Source of the DNA: Pelomyxa schiedti
Taxonomy: Eukaryota > Protista > Evosea
NCBI GenBank assembly: GCA_020536535.1
Contig: JAHLWZ010000894.1
Coordinates: 1-56,432, forward strand
Direction: 5' to 3'
Length of the DNA: 56,432 nucleotides
Shown in pieces: positions 49,919 to 56,432 of this stretch. The translations under genes were made by a program, and so were the position numbers. Under the pieces are notes generated by a model. The model was not told the origin of the DNA and did no database searches. It saw only the letters and a program-made list of their open reading frames with translations. Every line of letters begins with the position of its first letter. The first letter of the stretch is position 1.

Positions 49919-51461
49919 TTATGTGAAACGGGACCAGTAGGTGGCAGGAGAATGCATATGGTTTTCGGCACTAGTGTGAATAGCAGAGGTTGCAATTGTA
50001 TTCTTGTTGTGGTGAATTGCCGTGCCTGTGGTATGTGTTGATACCATTAGGAAAAGATGAGCAACGAAACCGGCACACCAAAGCTTTTAACAAGACCATC
50101 AAGTCGGAACTCGGAATCGGCGGCTTTGTCAAGTACTTTTAAGCTGATATCAAAGATATTGTTCTTAACCGGTGCATCATAGGCTTTCTGGAGAATACAT
50201 GTTCGGGAATTCTTTTATAGAATATAAGTCCAGGCACAGCGGTCAGGCAGGCATACCTCCATACATTCTGAACAATCCCGGTACAAGGAAGCCAGGGCAT
50301 AGAGAGTTTTTGAAGCGGAGTGAGAATGCAATATCTTCAAATTCCTCTGTGCTATGGGGTGTTACGAACTGAACCACGAAAACCATTTTACGTTCTACCA
50401 TGGGCGGAATTTTCCTCCATCATCTTGCAGGACGCTTCAAGTTCTGTAATATCGGTTTCTAGGCTCTTGAGTTGATTGAGACACCGCTGATAATCGCTTG
50501 CAATCGATGTATGGCACATGTTGAGCATAGTTCTGCGTCGATATAACTTGACATATAAGTGAAGTATGTGAATGATGAATCTCACCTCACAAATCTTAGT
50601 TGCTATATCTGGTTGCAATAAGTCCAGTCTCGACTCGGGAAGAATTTCCTCTCTCTGTTCTTGCAAGCCGGAAAGGAGTGAGTTCCGGTCAGCTGAGCTC
50701 TGTGAGAGTTGTTGGGATGTGGTATTCGGCGGTCTAGGGATATCAACTGGATAGGGGGCAGAAGCTTTAGGGACTTCTGATGTCAAGTGCCTTTCTGGTG
50801 GCTTACAGATGGGAACAGCACTTTCATTTGGTGTAGAAGAGGGTGTTGATACTTGGGGTGGGGGAAGTAAAGGAATGGAATTCTGAAAACTGAAACCAGA
50901 AGGCACTGCCTCGTCTCGCTTGCAAACAAAAGAACACACAGGTTCTGAAAAAGGGACTGCAGCATCCTCGAGTGAAACAAGTGGAGGAGCGCTTGATACA
51001 ACACCGCGAATCGCTGGAAATGCCAGTGTGTTAGTGTTAGCAGTTGTGCCCACGTTGTAGCCACTGCTGTTCCCACACTCAGTGTTCTTGAACACCATTC
51101 CAGCAAAAACGTTTGTTGGCTCCATGCCAGTACTGTTACCACTATCTGTAGTAGCAGTTGCTTTTGTTTTTGTGGTATTGGCGTAAGTACTGGTGAAGTT
51201 GAATGAAGTTGGCCAATTGAAGCAGTTGAATGACGTCGGCGCGACAGTGCCACAACCACAACCACCGCCGGTGCCAAACACCGAACCGTCATTGTGGGTT
51301 GTACTATCCGTGCCGCCGCGCTCGTCCCCGGCGGTAAAAACGCTCTGGGTGTCGACGTCGTCGTCTGACGATGATTTATTGTCCTCGTTGCTGCAGTAGG
51401 GCGTCCCCGACGACGACGCACCATCATCGCTATCGGATGATGAGTCGCTGGAACCACGCAT
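49919..51461 (-). CDS. Hypothetical protein (low-complexity N-terminus, coiled-coil), ~4 introns
   Basis: Long first ORF (MRGSSDSS...). GT-AG splicing continues the frame to a TAA at 49919. Confidence 0.6.
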
Positions 51462-51515
51462 TTCAAATCGAGGAGATAACAGACAGTCCTCTATCGTGTT
51501 TTCGGGCTGCGATCG

Positions 51516-52998
51516 ATGGCGAACTCAAAGTACGGTGTGTGTTGTTGGGACGAGACTTAGTTGTGATTGACTGTGTGCCTCGAGTAGTGACACAGGGGAC
51601 TCACTCAACATTCATTGTGGGGTTGTTTAAACAGAGTATGTGAAGCAGTTTGAGCAGAGCGACAGGCTGGTCAGCAACACCTTTTTGGTCGTGAGGGTTG
51701 ATGGCAAGGGTTTCCACAAGTTCACCCGCGACCACTCTTTCGTAAAACCAAACGATATAAAAGGTTCCGGACCCCGTTTTAGAATGCAAATTGTTATATA
51801 TATTCAACGATATGAATAGTAGAGACCTTTTATCAATATTATTGACTTTATTTTATAACCAAGCAACATAATTACAATTTACCTGGGATGATGTTTACAT
51901 ATTGCAGGGCTGAGGTTGATGAACGAATGTGCTATGAGGGTCATGGCAGAATTCAGTTCTGACATTGTGGCTGCTTATGGTCAATCTGATGAATACAGCT
52001 TCCTACTTAAGAGAAGTTCACAGTTGTATTCACGTAGAGCGAGGTTTATCCCTTTTATTAGGTTGCATTTGGTCATTTGACTTTTCCAAAGCAAAATTGC
52101 TACTTACATTGTTGCACTTTTCTCCTCCTCGTATGTTTTCTGTTGGAGCAACTATTTTGATACCCCGAAACCCCAATATCCGCCTACTTTCGACGCACGT
52201 GTTGTATGTTATCCAACAGTTCAAAATGTTCGGGATTATTTCAGTTGGCGGCAAGCCGATTGTATCACCTACCTTTCAAATACAACATATAACTATTACA
52301 GGTCATATAAATAATTTGTATAACACGTGTTTTTGGAGCCTGGTGCATTCCGGACTTACTCCAGCTGATGCCGAGCACCGACTTGCAGTAAATCCTAGAA
52401 AAAAATTACTCGACTTAACTCATAATTTAGGGAACTGTTGCTGCTGACAAGAATGAGCTTCTATTCTCACAATTCGGCATTAACTACGCCAAACTTCCGC
52501 AAATATTCAGAAAGGGATCTGTCATTTACTACTCCAAAGTACATTCCCATTTGATATGATGCGAAATACCAGTCTCTGTTTAAACTCTTACCACTCTATA
52601 TTTTTTATATGCAGAACGAGGTAGTGACTGATTACACAACGTGGGAAACCCGACCGGTGACACATTCCAAGAAGCGGATTGTGATTGGCCACGAGGATAT
52701 TATCGGTGATTCCTTCTGGGTTTCCAACCCCCACGTTCTCTCATTTGAGCCAATATCCATAGTCCCTTCTCAATCACAGCCCTCACCATCAAAAAGGACT
52801 CCAAAAAACAAGCCGCATTCACAACAAGCTCCCACAATCACAAAGCAACCCCAGGCACCTCCTCCCCCAAGCCCGGACACTACAACCGCAACAACACCAG
52901 CCAATCTCGATTCACAGGCCCAGTCACAACAACTCCGCCCTGAAGGCGACGCCACACAGTCGTCCACAACCACGACCTCTCAATCACAGTCATCATAA
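51516..52998 (+). CDS. THG1: tRNA(His) guanylyltransferase Thg1, 6 introns, with a C-terminal low-complexity extension
   Basis: MANSKY|EYVKQFE, VVRVDGKGFHKF, KPND, AYGQSDEYSF, PTFDARVVCYP, DYFSWRQAD|CHINNLYNTCFW, DKNELLFSQFGINY, FRKGS, HEDIIGDSFW. Confidence 0.96.
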
Positions 52999-53151
52999 TC
53001 ACGCGTGAATCGTAAATCAACGGCATTCTCTCAAAATAGATCTTCCGTTGTTGATTTTTTTTTTTTCGAAATCCAAAGGAAAAGTACACGATAAGGCACG
53101 GTGTTGTGGCCGTAAACGCGACAAAGAAAGACAGTAATAATACGTGTAAAG

Positions 53152-54655
53152 ATGGGAGCGTTGTTTGGAAAGAAGGAGGGTGCGTCTGGATCTCACTCGT
53201 CGGCTGCCGCAAAGCCGAGCTCCGGCGGTGGTTTTTTTGCTATTCCTGATAAATACAAAACTTTGGAGNNNNNNNNNNNNNNNNNNNNNNNNNNNNNNNN
53301 NNNNNNNNNNNNNNNNNNNNNNNNNNNNNNNNNNNNNNNNNNNNNNNNNNNNNNNNNNNNNNNNNNNNAAAGATGGGAGCGTTGTTTGGAAAGAAGGAGG
53401 GTGCGTCTGGATCTCACTCGTCGGCTGCCGCAAAGCCGAGCTCCGGCGGTGGTTTTTTTGCTATTCCTGATAAATACAAAACTTTGGAGCAAGTGCAACA
53501 GGGTTTGAGGGACGCTGGTTTGGAGTGAGTTTATTTTTTTCAAAAAAAAAAAAACATTTAAAAATGAACAAAGGCTGGCGTGAACTCACTGGAAATAATT
53601 AGGTCATCGAACCTTATCATTGGTATCGACTATACTAAGGTGAGGAATAAAATTTACAGCTTCCACATATAATGTTTCCATTCGTACAGAGTAATACTTG
53701 GACTGGAAAAGCTTCATTTGGAGGAAAGTGTCTACATGCCCTGTCACCGGGTGCAATGAATCCCTATCAAGTACGTTAACTGCAAATTTTCATGTCATTA
53801 ATATTAAAAAGCGGGTGATAGACATTATTGGTCGCACACTAGAACCGTTTGATGACGACAAGGTATTTAATTCATGGTTTCCAATTTTTTGCTCAATTGC
53901 CCCAGCTCATTCCAGTCTTCGGATTTGGTCAAATCTCCATTTTTCAACTGCCTTTCTGATTTCTTGAAGGTGATGTAACCACCACTGATAGGGGCGTTTT
54001 CCCGTTTTTCCCAGATAATCGCCCCTGCAACGGATTCGGGTGCGTAAATCGCACCTTTTCCCTCTCTGAATCCTTTTGTCTATAGTGAAGTTCTCACCCG
54101 CTACAATGAAATCACCCCGAACGTGGTAATGAGTGGACCCACAAACTTTGCACCACTTATTGACCGCGCTGCACAAATTGCCATGGAAAACCGCCAATAT
54201 CACATTCTCATCATGTGTGTTATTCCACTTTTTACTTCACATTCACAACGACTTAGTATTGCTGATGGACAAGTTACCAATGAAGATGCTACAGCACAAG
54301 CAATTATTCGAGCATCCAAAACCGCCCCTCTGTCCATATGCACGATAGGGTACTGTTTACTACCAGCGCCAGTAGAAATTAACAAATGCCAATACCTTTA
54401 GAGTTGGCGATGGGCCTTGGGAGTTAATGGAGGAATTTGACGACAAGTTACCTGGTAACAAACACTACTATGTAGTCCATCCTACTCACCAAACAAACCA
54501 AAGAGCGCCAGTTTGACAACTTCCAATTCGTACCATTCAATGAAATCATGAACAAACCCAACGTGGAGAACTACGACGTTGAGTTTGCCATTGCAGCCCT
54601 TCAAGAAATACCTGACCAATACAACGCTATCAAAAAATGCAAGCTGCTTGGCTAA
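53152..54655 (+). CDS. Copine/vWA-only protein of RGLG type, N-myristoylated, no RING; exon 1 is duplicated across an assembly gap
   Basis: MGALFGKK, IPDKYKTLEQV..GLRDAGLESSNLIIGIDYTKSN.WTG, NPYQ, LEPFDDD, SGPTNFAP, IADGQV, GVGDGPW, FDNFQFV, ALQEIPDQY. Confidence 0.92.
53269..53368. other. Assembly gap (100 N) flanked by a 121-bp exact duplication
   Basis: 53148-53268 is identical to 53369-53489. Confidence 0.95.
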
Positions 54656-54886
54656 TGTCGCATTACCCTTACCCAATAACACACTAGTCATCCGCATTCA
54701 CTTAGGCATGTGCACCTATTCATCCTCAATACAGCACACAACCATTCCTTCCTGTGTAATACCTAAGCCAAACTTCAACAAATAACAACAAACTCTTTTT
54801 TTTTGATACTTTACCCAACAACATAATGAATTCCGGCAATAAAGTATGGTTGCACTGTGCCTGAACAGAGTGATTGCATTTATGTA

Positions 54887-56432
54887 TCAATGGTTGTCTG
54901 AAGGAAAGCCGTGTTCCCTCTGGCATCTTTGGTCTCTGCACTGTAGCCCAAACCTAGGAGGGGAATGATGAGCGTTGTTGTGGAGTGTTTTATAATAAAA
55001 GAACCTGCAAGGATCGGGGGTACAGTGCCGGAAGGTGCAATTTGGGTCATCACACCCACCCTGTGCGGAGTTAGTGTTTAGGTTGATGGGTTCTGTGCAT
55101 ACATGAAGCCAATCCTGACATGTGGGATCATCACCGCATTCATATGCTGGCCAGTGCTGAAGCTGACACCGCGAATCTGTGCACCATCCCTAAAAGGGTT
55201 ACTGAAGAGTACAACAGCGGGTAAGAAGAAACATGTCTCCAGGGATCACAAACACGAACGTCTTCTTCTAGGCCTCCAGTATACGCAGGTTCTTCATAAA
55301 CTTGCGGTGGTTCAGAGTGATGAAATTCAGCAGAAAGTGGGTTGAGATTGAATTCTGCTGAAAGTGGGTTGAGAGGCTTCTCAGGTACTTGCTCTAAGAG
55401 TGCTGCTTCCTCTGGTTCCAAGTTCTGTGTTTCATACGCTGTAGGATTATCTCCAATCATGTGGTCGAGGACAACAAAGGCCTAATGATGGTCAGTAAAT
55501 ACATCTGATATAACGCTGCGCACTTCATCGAAGTCAGAGTGGCACATTTCAAAAAATATCTTGGAAATCGTAGGCCGATCAAATATTCTTCCAAACTGGC
55601 GACATAGTTCTTCCAGGTCATTAGTACCTCTGGGGTCTGGTTGAACACTGGCCGTGGAGGGGAGAGCGTGTGCGGTTGCTGCGGGAGGTGAAACCTGGTG
55701 GGGAGGTTCCCGAGGTGGTTCTGCACTCATTTTAGTGAGAAGCTCAACGGACTATATTACGAAAGTCAGTAAGGCAATTGAGGTGATTTGTGTGTGAGTA
55801 CTTGATCAAAGTCCCCTTCACATTGCCGCAGAATTTGCAGGATTGTATCAGTCTCAAAACGCCCATCGAAATGAGAAAACAGGACATCAACTAGATCTTC
55901 TAGGTCGTCTTCCTTCAGTCAAAAGTTAATTCTGTAAGTAACCAAAATAGGGGAAACAGGCCCTATGCACACCTCAGGGTCGAAGTCTTCTGGAATAAAA
56001 CCAGGTTCAGGTTCTTCTGCATCGTCTTCTACACCAAGTGCATTCAGGGCTTGTCTTGTCTGTTAACAACAATAAGTTAATTAACAATTTAACTAACGCC
56101 AGTTGGAGGCCATGGTTTTAAATGAACGAGTGAATGAAGGAGGGGAAAATAATAATAACAACAATAATAATAATAATAATAATAATAATAATTAACCAAA
56201 CCTTCTCGAAGTCCCTGTCCATCATTGTGAATATTCCGCCGATTGTATCGGCACTGTACATCCCCCCAAATATTTCGTTGAGTTTCTCCAGCGGGCCCTG
56301 CGCGTACGCGGGCTGCGATCCCACAATTGTCAGGTTCACCTTCCTCTTTCCCCCACCTCCTACGACCGCCGGCGTCGGCGTAGGCGTCGTCGTCGTCGCC
56401 GGCTCCGCTGCGTTGCCTGCTCCTTCGTTATC
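54887..56432 (-). CDS. Protein with 3 CUE-like domains, tandem PAM2-like motifs and 3 CCCH zinc fingers (5' end beyond the window)
   Basis: LEKLNEIFGG..SADTIGGIF...DRDFEK; LVDVLFSHF..RFETDTILQILRQCEGDFDQ; LEELCRQF...FDRPTISKIF...HSDFDE; LNPLSAEF x2; CDPWRH|GWCTDSRCQLQH, CQDWLH|GGCDDPNCTFRH, CR|FGLQCRDQRCQREH*. Confidence 0.82.
56148..56192. repeat. (AAT)n intronic microsatellite
   Basis: aataataataacaacaataataataat... Confidence 0.9.

Noticed and set aside
51764-51907. Possible snoRNA in the long AT-rich THG1 intron
   Set aside because: No convincing C/D or H/ACA box arrangement.
53148-53489. Apparent tandem duplication of copine exon 1
   Set aside because: An exact 121-bp overlap around a 100-N gap is typical of an unmerged scaffolding overlap.

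Overview
This is gene-dense eukaryotic nuclear DNA, not prokaryotic. About 20 protein-coding genes are split by many tiny (~40-50 nt) GT-AG introns, so the six-frame ORF track fragments or misses most real genes; all gene models below were spliced by hand. Myosin II and an Entamoeba-type transmembrane kinase point to an amoebozoan, probably an archamoeba such as Pelomyxa (inference). In order, the window holds: a decayed PTP/DSP-like pseudogene, a YeiH/PSE-family transporter, gamma-SNAP, a RecQ5-like helicase, a small unknown protein, a large IPT/TIG + kelch-like type II membrane protein, an EGF-CUB receptor kinase with an RS tail, RAB5IF/OPTI, an intronless bacterial-type GNAT, ARF1, a hidden class I glutamine amidotransferase, an ankyrin-like protein, an EI24-like membrane protein, a tandem array of 4-TM PINK1-like pseudokinases (two intact, one relic), an unknown lineage-specific protein, derlin, a SAM-tyrosine kinase, myosin II heavy chain, an unknown protein, THG1, an RGLG-type copine (spanning an assembly gap) and a 5'-truncated 3xCUE/2xPAM2/3xCCCH protein. 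The strongest candidates for new biology are (i) the 4-TM PINK1-like pseudokinase pair with complementary loss of catalytic motifs, (ii) the CUE-PAM2-CCCH adaptor, (iii) a gamma-SNAP with an endocytic DPF/NPF/DLL tail, and (iv) very degenerate splice signals with micro-exons. I found no rRNA, tRNA, CRISPR array or intact mobile element.
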